64,000 bases of DNA. Origin: Longimicrobiales bacterium. Its GTDB lineage: Bacteria; Gemmatimonadota; Gemmatimonadetes; Longimicrobiales; Gaopeijiaceae. The DNA is taken from positions 2,752,001-2,816,000 of the forward strand of contig CBDAON010000004.1 in the NCBI GenBank assembly GCA_965198065.1, in the 5' to 3' direction. Position numbers and translations under genes: made by a program. The notes under the pieces are model-generated. The model made no database searches. It worked only from the letters and a program-made list of their open reading frames with translations, and was not told where the DNA came from. This document shows positions 1 to 10,312 of this stretch, piece by piece; position 1 is the stretch's first letter; each line of letters opens with the position of its first letter.

Positions 1-21
1 CGGGGGCTCCACCGGGCGGCG

Positions 22-1502
22 ATGCCCGCGCTCTCCTCGGTGCCGATCTATCGGAAGGACGTTCGCGCCCTGATGAAGCCGATCCTCTGGCTCGTGCTCC
101 TCCAAGGCATCTACATGGTCGGGGTGGCGCTCCTCTACTGGTACAACGGCTGGCCCGAGGCGTACGCCGTCGCTTCAGAGACCCTGATCGTCACCGGCTG
201 GGCCTTCGGCCAGACGCTCGCGCTCATCGCCGCCGCACAGTTCTGGGCGGAAGAGCGGTCTGCGGGGACCGACGCCCTCCTCCTCCGGCTGCCAGCGGCC
301 CGGCGGCGGATCTACGTCGAGAAGGCGGCTGCCGGCCTCACCGTCCTCGCGATCTTCTGGCTTCTCACGGCGAGCGTCCACGTGGCCGCGACGCCGCTCG
401 GAGGTCTGTGGCCGTCCGAACAGAGCGAGCTGCTCAGGGGTGGGATGCTGGAGGCGATGTGGGACACCGGGCTCGGCTTCGGTCTCGGAGCCGGGGAAGG
501 CGGGCTGGTGTTCGGGATGGGCGTCGGAGAGATCCTGGCCGCAGTCTGCCTCTCCTCTTACCTGGTGGGTCTGCCCCTCTCGCTCCTCGCTCGCCGGCCC
601 GTGTTCGTAGTCCTGTCCGGCTACGCGATCTGGACGATCGGAGCCTTCGGCGTCTCGCCAGGGCGGACTTCGCCTCGTGGGACCTCGTGGCGCTGAGCCT
701 GGTCATGTACGCCCCGCTCGTCGCGATCCCGCTGGTCCTGGTTCTTCCGGGGCGGCGGTTCGGCCTCCTTCGAAAAACCCGGTGGCCGGCAGGCCGGCGT
801 CCCCTGCTGGGTCTCGTCTGGAAGGCGTTCGCGGAAAATGGGGCGCTCCACGCGCTGTCCCTGGTCTTCATCGTCACGGTGGCGCTCGCTACCGAGATGG
901 ACGCCTTCTTGACGCTGGCAGGGGGAACCATCCTGGTCACGGCGCTTGGAACGGCCGCCTACGACGCTTCCGAGAAGGAGGGGCTCCGCTCCGTGCTCTA
1001 CGACCACCCCGTGCCGCGCGAGCATCTCTTCTGGGCCAAGATCGGTGTGGGACTCGTCCCGGTGGTGGCAGTGTCCGTTGGAGTCTTCCTGCACTGGAGC
1101 CGCCAGGCGCCAGTGCCGCTCGCCACGGCGCTGGCGTTCGGGGTGTTCGCCTACGCGGTCTCCGTGCTGATTACGTTGGCGATCCAGCGCGAGAGCACTG
1201 CTCTGCTAGCAGCGGAATGCCTGGTCGCCGGCGCGGCCGCGACGCCCCTGATTCTCGCGGACCTGTTTCGACCGGCGAGCGGGCTACCGCCCGGGGACGA
1301 AACGAGCGCGCTCCTTCTGGTCGCCGCGCCCTCCTACGCGACCCTTGCCGCGGGCTGCCTCGCGGGCGCGTGGTGGGCGGCCACGAACCGAACGGTGCTC
1401 ACCGGATCGGCGCGCTACCGGCTGGCCTTTGCCGGTCGGCTGTTGGGCGCCCTCGCGGCCGTCGCGCTGCTCGTCGGAGCCGTCGGGTGGAGCCGGCTCT
1501 AG
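22..1502 (+). pseudogene. ABC-2 type permease-like membrane protein (two repeated permease units), split by an apparent frameshift near 650-690
   Basis: ORF 22-696 has EERSAGTDALLLRLP..IYVEK; ORF 408-1502 has EKEGLRSVLYDHPVPREHLFWAK. The hydrophobic reading switches frame around 670. Could be a sequencing error. Confidence 0.55.
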
Positions 1503-1511
1503 GCACCTAGC

Positions 1512-2477
1512 CTACGCGACCCGGTCGCGCGGCTCCCTCCCCCCGAAGTAGGCGTCAAGATTGTCGAGCGCCCTGAACCCCATGGCATCGCGCGTCTCGG
1601 CGGTCGCGCTCCCGATGTGCGGCATCAGGAACGTGTTGGGGAGCGCGACGAGCCTCTTGTCCACGTTGGGTTCATCGTTGTAGACGTCGAGGCCGGCAGC
1701 CCCGAGCTTCCCCGATTTCAACGCGTCGATGAGTGCGTCGTCGTCCACGATCGCGCCTCGGGCGGCGTTCACGAAGATCGCGCCGTCGGGGAGCAGCCCG
1801 AACCGCCGAGCATCCATCAGGCCGCGGGTCGAGGGCGTAGCGCTGCAATGAAGGGTCAGGAACTCGCACTGCGGCAACATGTCGTCGAGCGCCTCGTGGA
1901 AGACCGCTCCCTCCTCGCGCTCCGGGGGCAGCCGTCGGACGTCGTGGTAGTGGATCTCCATCGCGAAGCCCCGGGCCCGACGGGCCACCACCTGACCGAC
2001 CCGGCCCATGCCGATGACGCCCAGGCGCTTGCCCGTTACTTGGGTACCGACCATGAACGCCGGGCTCCAGTCCCTCCACCTGCCCTCTCGGACCAACCTT
2101 TCCCCCTCACTGGCGCGCCGCGCCGCGCCGAGCATCAGCATCATCGTCAGCTCGGCGGTGGCGTCCGAGAGCACGTCCGGCGTGTTCGTGACGACGATGC
2201 CCTTCTTCCTGGCGGCCTCCACGTCCACGTGGTCGAAGCCGACCGAGTAATTGGCGATGATCTCCACTGAGGGGGGGAGGCGCTCTAAGACGTCGGCCGA
2301 GAATCGCTCGGTATGGCACGGCAAGATCGCCTGCGCGCCCACCGCGTTCTCGATCAGCTCCTCCGGTGAATAGAGCCGATCGTCGGGGTTGAGCCGACAC
2401 TCGTAATCGCGCAGGAGGCGGTCTTCGATGGCAGGACGTAGCTTGCGCGTGACGAGCACTACGGGCCTTGGACTCAT
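1512..2477 (-). CDS. D-isomer specific 2-hydroxyacid dehydrogenase (glyoxylate/hydroxypyruvate reductase-like)
   Basis: Motifs GVIGMGRVG, VTNTPDVL, NAARG, LDVYNDEP, PHIGSAT. Confidence 0.9.
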   Translation of the reverse strand: MSPRPVVLVTRKLRPAIEDRLLRDYECRLNPDDRLYSPEELIENAVGAQAILPCHTERFSADVLERLPPSVEIIANYSVGFDHVDVEAARKKGIVVTNTPDVLSDATAELTMMLMLGAARRASEGERLVREGRWRDWSPAFMVGTQVTGKRLGVIGMGRVGQVVARRARGFAMEIHYHDVRRLPPEREEGAVFHEALDDMLPQCEFLTLHCSATPSTRGLMDARRFGLLPDGAIFVNAARGAIVDDDALIDALKSGKLGAAGLDVYNDEPNVDKRLVALPNTFLMPHIGSATAETRDAMGFRALDNLDAYFGGREPRDRVA

Positions 2478-2515
2478 TCACGTCCCTCCATGTCGGATCT
2501 CCGGGGTTTTGAATC

Positions 2516-3487
2516 ATGAAGATCTACAAGTTCATCAATCGTGTCCCCGGCGGGATGATGGTCGTTCCGCTGTTCCTCGGCATGGTCGTCAACACGTTCT
2601 TCCCAGACCTGCTCAGGATCGGCGGCTTCACCGAAGCGTTGACCGGCGTGGGCTACCCGACCGTCCTCGGCATGTATCTCTTCACCGTGGGCACCAAGAT
2701 GACCGTCCGGGCCGCTCCGAGGATGGTTCTCCGCGGCTTCGGTATTCTGACGGCCAAGGTGGGGACCGCGACCGCCTTCGCGCTCACCGTGGCGCACGTG
2801 TTCGACGGCAGCATCATCGGCCTGAGCACGTTGGCCGTGATGGTGGCGATGAGCGACACGAACGGGGGGATGTTCCTGGCCCTGACGGGCGCCATGGGCA
2901 GCAAGGAGGACTCCGGTACGTATGTCGTGCAGAGCATCGAGACCGGACCCTTCCTGACGATGCTGATCTTCGTGGGCACGGGCCTGGCGGACATTCCGTG
3001 GCTGACGATGGTCTCGGTGATTGCTCCAATTGCCGTGGGCTCGATCCTCGGCAACCTGGACGACGATCTGAGAAAGTTCTTCGGGTCTCACGAGCCGATC
3101 ATCATTCCGTTCATGGCCTTCACCCTGGGTCAGACGATCGACCTGCGATCGGTCGTGACCGCCGGCGCTCCAGGCATCGTCCTGGGCGTGACGGTTCTGG
3201 TCGTCACCGGCCTCGTGTGCATCACGGCCGACCGCTTGCTCGGCGGGAGCGGCATCGCGGGGGCGGCGGCCTCCAGCACGGCCGGTAACTCCGCGGTGGT
3301 TCCGCAGGCCGTCGCGCTGGCGGATGCGTCGTTTGTTCCCGTGGCGGCAGCCGCGACTGTCCAGGTGGCCGCTTCCGTGATCGTCACCGCGATCCTGACG
3401 CCGCTCCTGACCGCCTGGTGGTACCGGAAGGTGACCAGGGAGAAGGCCACCGAGGGGGAGGAAGCTCCGGCAGCGCCGCCCACCTGA
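2516..3487 (+). CDS. kdgT: 2-keto-3-deoxygluconate permease
   Basis: VPGGMMVVPLFLG N-terminus, SDTNGGMF, ETGPFLTM, SSTAGNS. Confidence 0.88.
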   Translation: MKIYKFINRVPGGMMVVPLFLGMVVNTFFPDLLRIGGFTEALTGVGYPTVLGMYLFTVGTKMTVRAAPRMVLRGFGILTAKVGTATAFALTVAHVFDGSIIGLSTLAVMVAMSDTNGGMFLALTGAMGSKEDSGTYVVQSIETGPFLTMLIFVGTGLADIPWLTMVSVIAPIAVGSILGNLDDDLRKFFGSHEPIIIPFMAFTLGQTIDLRSVVTAGAPGIVLGVTVLVVTGLVCITADRLLGGSGIAGAAASSTAGNSAVVPQAVALADASFVPVAAAATVQVAASVIVTAILTPLLTAWWYRKVTREKATEGEEAPAAPPT

Positions 3488-3735
3488 CGCCACGGAGCCG
3501 CCGCTCGGGTGCGCGATCAGCAAACCAAGACGGCGATCCCTTCGTCCTGCGCCAGCGGAAAGATCCTTTCTTCCGCCACCCGGTTGTCGATCGCAAGGTA
3601 CGAAGCCGCAACCGTCGGGGACACTGGCCCGCCGCGGGGATTAGGGAGACCTTACGCGCTGATGGTGACGTCCCATCGCGCGCCGGCCGTCGGTAGAGGC
3701 CGGGGGCGGGAGTGTTCCCTCGGCTAATTGCTGGA

Positions 3736-4782
3736 ATGAGCTCATCGTTGACCCGCCGGAGTTTCCTTCGCGCGTCCACCGGGGCCGCCGCGTGGGCGGC
3801 CCTGTCGTGCGGCCCGGCCGGTCCTCCGGGCCCGGGCACGCGTCCTACCGGCTACCATTACGACCCCATCTATCTCGAGCACGACCCCGGAGAGGGCCAC
3901 CCGGAGCGAGCGGAGAGACTTCTTGCGATAGACGACCGCCTTAGGGCGGCAGACTGGTACCCGTCCCTGGCCCTCCCTACCGGGCGATCGGCCGAAGTCT
4001 CCGAGCTGGAGCTCGTCCACGACCCCAGATACGTGGACCTGGCTAGGGCGGAGATCCTGGCAGGCGCCCCCCGGCTCTCGACCGGGGACACCAACGTGAG
4101 CCCCTTGAGCTACGAGGTGGCGCTCCGGGCGGTGGGCGGGGTGCTGGCCGCCGTGGACGCGGTCGTCGAGGGCCGCGTGAAGAACGTGTTCTGCGCCCTC
4201 CGCCCGCCGGGCCACCACGCCACGCAGGACCGCGGCATGGGCTTCTGCATCTTCAACCAGGTGGCCATCGCGGCCCGCTACGCCCAGGTGAGACACGGAA
4301 TGGGCCGGGTGCTCATCACGGACTGGGACGTTCACCACGGCAACGGCACGCAGGACATATTCTACGCCGACGGCAGCGTGTTCTACATGAGTACGCACCA
4401 GTTCCCCTTCTACCCTGGGACCGGCTCGACCGGCGAGACGGGGGAGGGCGCTGGAGCCGGTCTCACGATGAACCGGCCGTTTCCTGCCGGCGCGGGAGAC
4501 TCGGAGATCGTGGGCGCCTTCCGGGACGACCTCCTTCCGGCCGCGCGACGGTTCGCCCCGGACCTGACCCTCGTCTCGGCCGGGTTCGACTCACGAGTGG
4601 ACGACCTCCTGGGAGGGTTCCGGGTCACGGACGAGGGCTACCGAGAGATGACCCGAGTCATGCTGGAGATCGCGTCGGTCGCCGGGGAGGGGCGCCTCGT
4701 CTCCGTCCTCGAGGGGGGCTACAACCTGGAGGGACTGGCGTCGGGAGTCTTCGCCCACCTGGACGAGCTGGTCGGCGCCTGA
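3736..4782 (+). CDS. Histone deacetylase family (acetylpolyamine amidohydrolase-like) protein with a Tat/lipoprotein signal
   Basis: HPE, RPPGHHA, GFCIFN, DWDVHHGNGTQ, SAGFD, LEGGY; N-terminal TRRSFL...AALSC. Confidence 0.9.
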   Translation: MSSSLTRRSFLRASTGAAAWAALSCGPAGPPGPGTRPTGYHYDPIYLEHDPGEGHPERAERLLAIDDRLRAADWYPSLALPTGRSAEVSELELVHDPRYVDLARAEILAGAPRLSTGDTNVSPLSYEVALRAVGGVLAAVDAVVEGRVKNVFCALRPPGHHATQDRGMGFCIFNQVAIAARYAQVRHGMGRVLITDWDVHHGNGTQDIFYADGSVFYMSTHQFPFYPGTGSTGETGEGAGAGLTMNRPFPAGAGDSEIVGAFRDDLLPAARRFAPDLTLVSAGFDSRVDDLLGGFRVTDEGYREMTRVMLEIASVAGEGRLVSVLEGGYNLEGLASGVFAHLDELVGA

Positions 4783-4913
4783 GCGTTCGCGACGACCCGA
4801 CCTTTCGGGCGCCGCGGGGGAGGGCCTATCTTGGGCCCGGAGGCCGCGTATGAAACGCGCGGCCGACCATCATTCGACGTGTTTTCTGAACCGGAGCCCC
4901 GTGATCCGGGAGG

Positions 4914-6962
4914 ATGAGGATGCTTACTGATTGCCGTCACACGCCCGTCCGTTGGCTTTCCGCATGGTCGAGCCTAGCGCTTGCCCTGACTCTCGCGGCC
5001 GGACTCGCTCTGCCGGCCCATGCGCAGGACCGGGGGAATCCGTACGGAGAGTGGCGGTACTGGGGCGCCGACCAGGCCAGCACGAGGTACTCTCCGCTCA
5101 ACCAGGTGAACGCGAGCAACTTCGAGAACCTGGAGCTCGCCTGGCTCTGGCGAGGCGACAACTTCGGGACGCAGCCCGACTTCATCATGCGCTCCACGCC
5201 GACCTACGCCGACGGCATCGTCTACACGGTGGCCGGCCGACGCAGAACGGTCGCGGCCATCGACCCCGCCACGGGCGAGACGCTCTGGACGTACCGGGAG
5301 CCCAATACGCAGCGCTACGAGGATTCCCCCCGCCAGAACTACGGGCGCGGTGTGGCTTACGCGGAGGTGGACGGGAGGGCGGTGATCTACCTCGTCACGC
5401 CCGCGTTCTTCCTCCATGCGCTGGACGCCAAGACCGGTGTTCCCCTGGAGGGATTCGGCGGCCAGATCCCCATCGAGGGATTCCCCGAGACGGGCACCGT
5501 GGACATGCTCGCGACCCTGGGACATCCCTATGACGTGAATGCGGGAATCGACCCGGGGGTTGGCAGGATCACGACCTCCTCGCCGCCGATCGTCGTGAAC
5601 GGCGTCATTGTCGTCGGGAACTCGGCGCAGCCGGGGGGTGGGTACACGAGGCAGGAGAACGTGCCCGGGGACGTCCAGGCCTTCGACGCCCGGACCGGCG
5701 AGCACCTATGGACGTTCCATACCATCCCGCAGGAGGGCGAGTTCGGAAACGACACGTGGGAGAACGACGCCTGGGAGTGGAGCGGGAACGTGAACGTCTG
5801 GGCGCCGCTTTCCGCGGACGCCGAGCTCGGCCTGGTCTATCTTCCGACCGACGCCCCGACGAACGACTACTTCGGCGGCTTCCGGCCTGGCGCGAACCTC
5901 TTCGGGAACAGCCTCGTCGCCGTGGACATCCAGACCGGCGAGCGGCGGTGGCACTTCCAGATGATCCACCACGACATCTGGGACTGGGACCTCCCGGTTC
6001 CGGGGATCGTCGTGGACCTGACCGTGGACGGACAGGAGATTCCGGCGATCGTCCAGACGTCCAAGCAGTCGTTCGTCTACGCGTTCAACCGGGAGACCGG
6101 CGAGCCCATCTGGCCGATCGTCGAGCGGCCGGTGCCTCAGGGTAACGTGCCCAGCGAGTGGTACTCTCCCACACAGCCCTTCCCGACGCGACCGCTCGGC
6201 TACGAGCTCCAGGGCCTCACGGTGGACGACCTCATCGACTACACGCCCGAGCTGCGAGCCAGGGCGGTCGAGCAGGTGAGCGACGTGCTGCTGGGTCCGA
6301 TCTACACTCCCTCGGTGCTCGTGGGGAACGAAGAGGGGTGGCGGACCGCGGCCCAATGCCCGAGCGCCACCGGAGGCACGAACATCCCGGGAGGACCGGT
6401 CATGGATCCCGTGACGGGGATCCTGTACGTCCAGTCCAGGAAGGCCTGTGGGGCACGCACGGTCCAGGCGATGGGGGACCGTGACGACGGGAGCCCGGGA
6501 AACAACACGGGCGTAACCGTCCTCGAATTCATCTCGGGTGGCAGCGACGGCGGCCTCGGCTCCATCGACGGGCTCCCGATCGTCCAGCCGCCCTATGGCC
6601 GCATCACGGCCATCGACATGAACACCGGGGAGCACCTCTGGTGGATCCCGAACGGGGATACGCCCGAGAACATTGCGAACCATCCGTTGCTTCAGGGAAT
6701 CGAGGTTCCCAACACCGGTTATCTGGGCAATTCGACGGTTCTGGTCACGCAGAGCCTCCTCATATTCGCGGAAGGGAGAGGAGGGCGGTCGCTGTTGTAC
6801 GCAGCCGACAAGCAGACCGGCGAGCGGATCGGGACCGTCGAGATCCCGGCGCCGACCCAACAGGCGCTGATGACGTACCTGCACGACGGCGTGCAGTACA
6901 TCGTTCTGCCGATCGCGGGGAACGGCATTCCCGGCTCACTCGCGGCTCTGCGGTTGCCGTAG
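4914..6962 (+). CDS. Secreted PQQ-dependent dehydrogenase (quinoprotein glucose dehydrogenase-like)
   Basis: Signal peptide, TRYSPLNQVN, SSPPIV, HHDIWDWD, PTQPFP, Trp-docking repeats. Confidence 0.88.
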   Translation: MRMLTDCRHTPVRWLSAWSSLALALTLAAGLALPAHAQDRGNPYGEWRYWGADQASTRYSPLNQVNASNFENLELAWLWRGDNFGTQPDFIMRSTPTYADGIVYTVAGRRRTVAAIDPATGETLWTYREPNTQRYEDSPRQNYGRGVAYAEVDGRAVIYLVTPAFFLHALDAKTGVPLEGFGGQIPIEGFPETGTVDMLATLGHPYDVNAGIDPGVGRITTSSPPIVVNGVIVVGNSAQPGGGYTRQENVPGDVQAFDARTGEHLWTFHTIPQEGEFGNDTWENDAWEWSGNVNVWAPLSADAELGLVYLPTDAPTNDYFGGFRPGANLFGNSLVAVDIQTGERRWHFQMIHHDIWDWDLPVPGIVVDLTVDGQEIPAIVQTSKQSFVYAFNRETGEPIWPIVERPVPQGNVPSEWYSPTQPFPTRPLGYELQGLTVDDLIDYTPELRARAVEQVSDVLLGPIYTPSVLVGNEEGWRTAAQCPSATGGTNIPGGPVMDPVTGILYVQSRKACGARTVQAMGDRDDGSPGNNTGVTVLEFISGGSDGGLGSIDGLPIVQPPYGRITAIDMNTGEHLWWIPNGDTPENIANHPLLQGIEVPNTGYLGNSTVLVTQSLLIFAEGRGGRSLLYAADKQTGERIGTVEIPAPTQQALMTYLHDGVQYIVLPIAGNGIPGSLAALRLP

Positions 6963-6998
6963 CTGGCGACCCCTTCTTACCGCGTCCAAGGAGGACCG

Positions 6999-7787
6999 AT
7001 GTCACGCATGAGCTCGATGGGATCCCTCGGCCAAGGGCTCATCCTTCTGGCTTTTCTGGGATCCGTTCCCGCGGCCAATGCCCAAACGGTGGTCGAGTCC
7101 AGCATCGAAGCCCGGTTCCAGCTGGATGTTCAGGTTCCCGAGGCGGCGCTCATGGCCCACGTGCCACCTGGGTTTACAGTGAACGTGTCGGCCAGGGGCC
7201 CGGCGACGGACGCCAATCTGCGGGTCGTCTTCATCGACCGGACTACGATCAACGGTCCGGACGGCGCACCGGTCGGGAAGGGATCGAATCGTCTGGTCTA
7301 CCTGATCGCCCCAGTGACGGATCCCGATGGCAACAGAGCCCAGCTGGTCATCGGGGGACTGACCGAAGACCCCGCGGATGCACCGGGACCGTTCGGAGTC
7401 TACTTGCCGGCCACGACGCAAACCCGGCGGCAGACTGCGTCCACCGGGAGCGGGCCGATCGTCGAGGAGCAGGACTGGGTCTTCACCGCGCCGACCGGTG
7501 AGCACATCGAGATGCACATCGCGTTCGAGCGGGGTCCGCGAAATAGAGGCAGCAATCCGTCCGAGACGCGGTTCTACTCGGCGAGGGATCCCGGTACCTA
7601 CGAGATCTCCAGACAGCAGCAGATGCTCGACATCTTACGGAACGTGACGACAAATCCCCCGGACCGGGTGAGCGAGTTCTCCTTCCGCGCAGGGGGGGGC
7701 AGCTACGCCGCGCTGTTCGGCGGTGCCGAGAGGGTCCTGAGCTGGGACCACATCCGCTGGGTCGATCGAACGATCCTTCGGCCGTAG
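6999..7787 (+). CDS. Secreted hypothetical protein
   Basis: AGGAGG RBS, signal peptide ending ANA-Q, GC-biased codons. Confidence 0.75.
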   Translation: MSRMSSMGSLGQGLILLAFLGSVPAANAQTVVESSIEARFQLDVQVPEAALMAHVPPGFTVNVSARGPATDANLRVVFIDRTTINGPDGAPVGKGSNRLVYLIAPVTDPDGNRAQLVIGGLTEDPADAPGPFGVYLPATTQTRRQTASTGSGPIVEEQDWVFTAPTGEHIEMHIAFERGPRNRGSNPSETRFYSARDPGTYEISRQQQMLDILRNVTTNPPDRVSEFSFRAGGGSYAALFGGAERVLSWDHIRWVDRTILRP

Positions 7788-7843
7788 TGATCCCCCGGAG
7801 CTGAGCGCCCTGAGCGCGGGGACGCCGCGCTGGCGGAATCCCC

Positions 7844-7875
7844 ATGCTTTCGTATATGCTTATTCGTATATGCTT
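7844..7875. promoter_or_regulatory. AT-rich direct repeat TTCGTATATGCTT x2, a candidate operator
   Basis: Copies at 7849-7861 and 7863-7875, in the intergenic region before the DUF5916 gene. Confidence 0.45.
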
Positions 7876-7966
7876 TAGTTGTCCGTCGATTGTTACCGCG
7901 GTGGCGACGTTTCCCACGGGCTCCAGAAGGCGAAAGACCCCCTCTTACCGGGTCCAAGGAGGACCG

Positions 7967-10312
7967 ATGTCACGGATGAGCTCGACGGGATCCCTCGGCC
8001 GGGGGCTCATCCTTCTGGCGGCGCTCGCGACGCCCGTCGGGGTCTCGGGCCAGGCCAGTGTGCTGACGGAGGGAGGAGCCGTCGAGATCCTGGGTCCTCC
8101 CCCTCCGTCGCCACCGGAGACCGTCTCCCGCGACGGACAGGGTGGGGCCACTCTCAGGGCCGTCCGGGTCACGGAGCCGGTTCGGCTCGACGGCGTGTTG
8201 GACGAGGCCTTCTACCAGACGCTGCCCCCGGTCTCGGACTTCCTGCAGAGCGGGCCGGGCGAGGGGGATCCTGCGACCGAGCGCACGGAGGTGTGGATCG
8301 TCTTCGACGACGACAACGTTTACGTGTCCGCTCGGAACTGGGACTCCGCTCCGGAGAGCGAGTGGGTCGCGAACGAGATGCGGCGCGACACGAACCAGCT
8401 CCGGCAGAACGACACGTTCGGGGTCATGTTCGACACGTTCTACGACCGCCGAAACGGGGTCATGTTCTACACGAACCCCCTGGGAGCTCTAGCCGAGTTC
8501 GCGATCACGAACGAGGGCAATCCCAACACTGACTGGAATCCGATCTGGGACGTGCGCACGGGGCGCTTCGAGGGCGGTTGGACGGTCGAGATCGCGGTCC
8601 CGTTCAAGTCGCTCCGCTACCGGCCGGGCCGGGAGCAGGTCTGGGGGGTGCAGTTCAGGCGGGCCATTCGGAGGAAGAACGAGTGGACGTACCTGACCTA
8701 CCTTCCCCTTTCCGTGTCCGGAGGTGGGGCGGGGGGAGCCTTCCGGGTCTCGATGGCGGGCACTCTGGTGGGGATCGAGGCTCCGCCCGCCGGCCGCCTC
8801 GTCGAGATCAAGCCGTACGCGATCTCCGGTCTCGAAACGGATCTTGGCGCGGATCCCGTCGTCGAGAACGATCTGAGTGCGGACGCCGGCCTCGACGTGA
8901 AAGTCGGAATCACGGAGAACCTTACGGCCGATCTGACCTTCAACACCGACTTCGCCCAGGTGGAAGTGGACGAGCGACAGGTGAACCTGACGCGGTTCAG
9001 CCTCTCCTTCCCCGAGAAGCGCGAGTTCTTCCTCGAGGGACGGGGGATCTTCAACTTCGCCCCCGGCGTCTCCGGCGGGGGGGGAGGCGGAGGCAGAGGC
9101 GGAGGCGGAGGCCGTGACGGTGGGAACGCGCCGACGCTTTTCTACAGTCGGAGGATCGGCCTCCAGGACGGGCAGCCCATCCCGATCCTCGGCGGCGGGC
9201 GCGTGACCGGGAAGGTAGGCTCGTTCGACGTGGGGGCCCTGAGCATCCAGACCGACGATCACGGACCCGAGATCGAATCCACGAACTTCTCGGTCCTTCG
9301 TCTTCGCCGCGACATTCTCGCGCGAAGCAGCCTTGGGGTCCTTTTCGAGAACCGAAGCCGATCGGCGGTGTCGGACGGGTCCAACCAGGCGTACGGGCTG
9401 GATGCGAGCCTCGCGTTCTTCGACAACGTGAGCATCGTCACGTACTACGCCAGGACCCGGACCGAAGGGCTCGACGGGAACGACGAGAGTTACCGCGGGC
9501 GGTTCTCTTACGGGGGAGACGTTTGGGGTGCCGAGATTGACCACGTCGTGGTCGGTGACGACTTCAATCCCGAGGTCGGCTTCCTGCGCCGCGACGACTT
9601 CCGGGCCACATCGCTCTCGGGACGCTACAGCCCCCGGCCGGCCTCGATCGACTGGATCCGCCAGATCACCTTCCAGGCCAGCCTCGGGTACGTCGAGAGC
9701 GATCGCGCGGGGTTTGTGGAGACGCGCGACCGGAGCGGAACCTTCGACGTGCAGTTCGAGAGTAGCGACAGGTTCTCGGTAAGCGTCACCGAAAACTACG
9801 AGAATCTGATCCGGGACACGCGGATCTCGGGCGCGTCGATTCCGGCAGGCCGTTACTCGTTCACGGACTTCGACGCCGGCTACAGCTTCGGTCTCCAGCG
9901 CCCCTACTCGGGGAGGCTGAGCCTCCAGGCAGGATCCTTCTTCACCGGAGACCGTTTTTCCGTCGGATTTACTCAGGGTCGGGTCGAGGTTCTCCCCCAG
10001 CTCTCGGTCGAGCCGAGCCTCGAGTTCAACTGGATCGACGTGCCCGAAGGCCGCTTCGACCAGCACGTCGCCAGGGCGAGGGCCAGCTACAGCGTGAGCC
10101 CCCGGATGTACGTGAGCGGGCTTGTGCAGTACAGCACCGGAAGCGACAGCTTCAGCACCAACCTGAGGCTTCGGTGGGAGTGGGCCCCCGGGAGCGAGAT
10201 CTTCCTCGTGTACACGGAAGATCGGGACACCGACCCCGTGTTGGGAGACCGGTGGTCCGAGCTCTCGAATCGTGGGCTGGTGATCAAGGTGAATCGGCTG
10301 CTCCGTCTCTGA
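7967..10312 (+). CDS. CBM9-like/DUF5916 outer-membrane barrel protein
   Basis: LDGVLDE, DTFYDRRNG, NTDFAQVEVDE, FPEKREFFLEG, LFYSRRIG, C-terminal KVNRLLRL; RBS before ATG 7967. Confidence 0.85.
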   Translation: MSRMSSTGSLGRGLILLAALATPVGVSGQASVLTEGGAVEILGPPPPSPPETVSRDGQGGATLRAVRVTEPVRLDGVLDEAFYQTLPPVSDFLQSGPGEGDPATERTEVWIVFDDDNVYVSARNWDSAPESEWVANEMRRDTNQLRQNDTFGVMFDTFYDRRNGVMFYTNPLGALAEFAITNEGNPNTDWNPIWDVRTGRFEGGWTVEIAVPFKSLRYRPGREQVWGVQFRRAIRRKNEWTYLTYLPLSVSGGGAGGAFRVSMAGTLVGIEAPPAGRLVEIKPYAISGLETDLGADPVVENDLSADAGLDVKVGITENLTADLTFNTDFAQVEVDERQVNLTRFSLSFPEKREFFLEGRGIFNFAPGVSGGGGGGGRGGGGGRDGGNAPTLFYSRRIGLQDGQPIPILGGGRVTGKVGSFDVGALSIQTDDHGPEIESTNFSVLRLRRDILARSSLGVLFENRSRSAVSDGSNQAYGLDASLAFFDNVSIVTYYARTRTEGLDGNDESYRGRFSYGGDVWGAEIDHVVVGDDFNPEVGFLRRDDFRATSLSGRYSPRPASIDWIRQITFQASLGYVESDRAGFVETRDRSGTFDVQFESSDRFSVSVTENYENLIRDTRISGASIPAGRYSFTDFDAGYSFGLQRPYSGRLSLQAGSFFTGDRFSVGFTQGRVEVLPQLSVEPSLEFNWIDVPEGRFDQHVARARASYSVSPRMYVSGLVQYSTGSDSFSTNLRLRWEWAPGSEIFLVYTEDRDTDPVLGDRWSELSNRGLVIKVNRLLRL

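Noticed and set aside
4914..6962. Lanthanide dependence inferred from WDWD
   Set aside because: DxD is also standard in Ca/Mg-using Gcd-type enzymes, so it is not diagnostic here
9070..9125. GGRGG low-complexity tracts (also ~14220, ~26200, ~35720)
   Set aside because: In-frame flexible linkers; no evidence of an independent element
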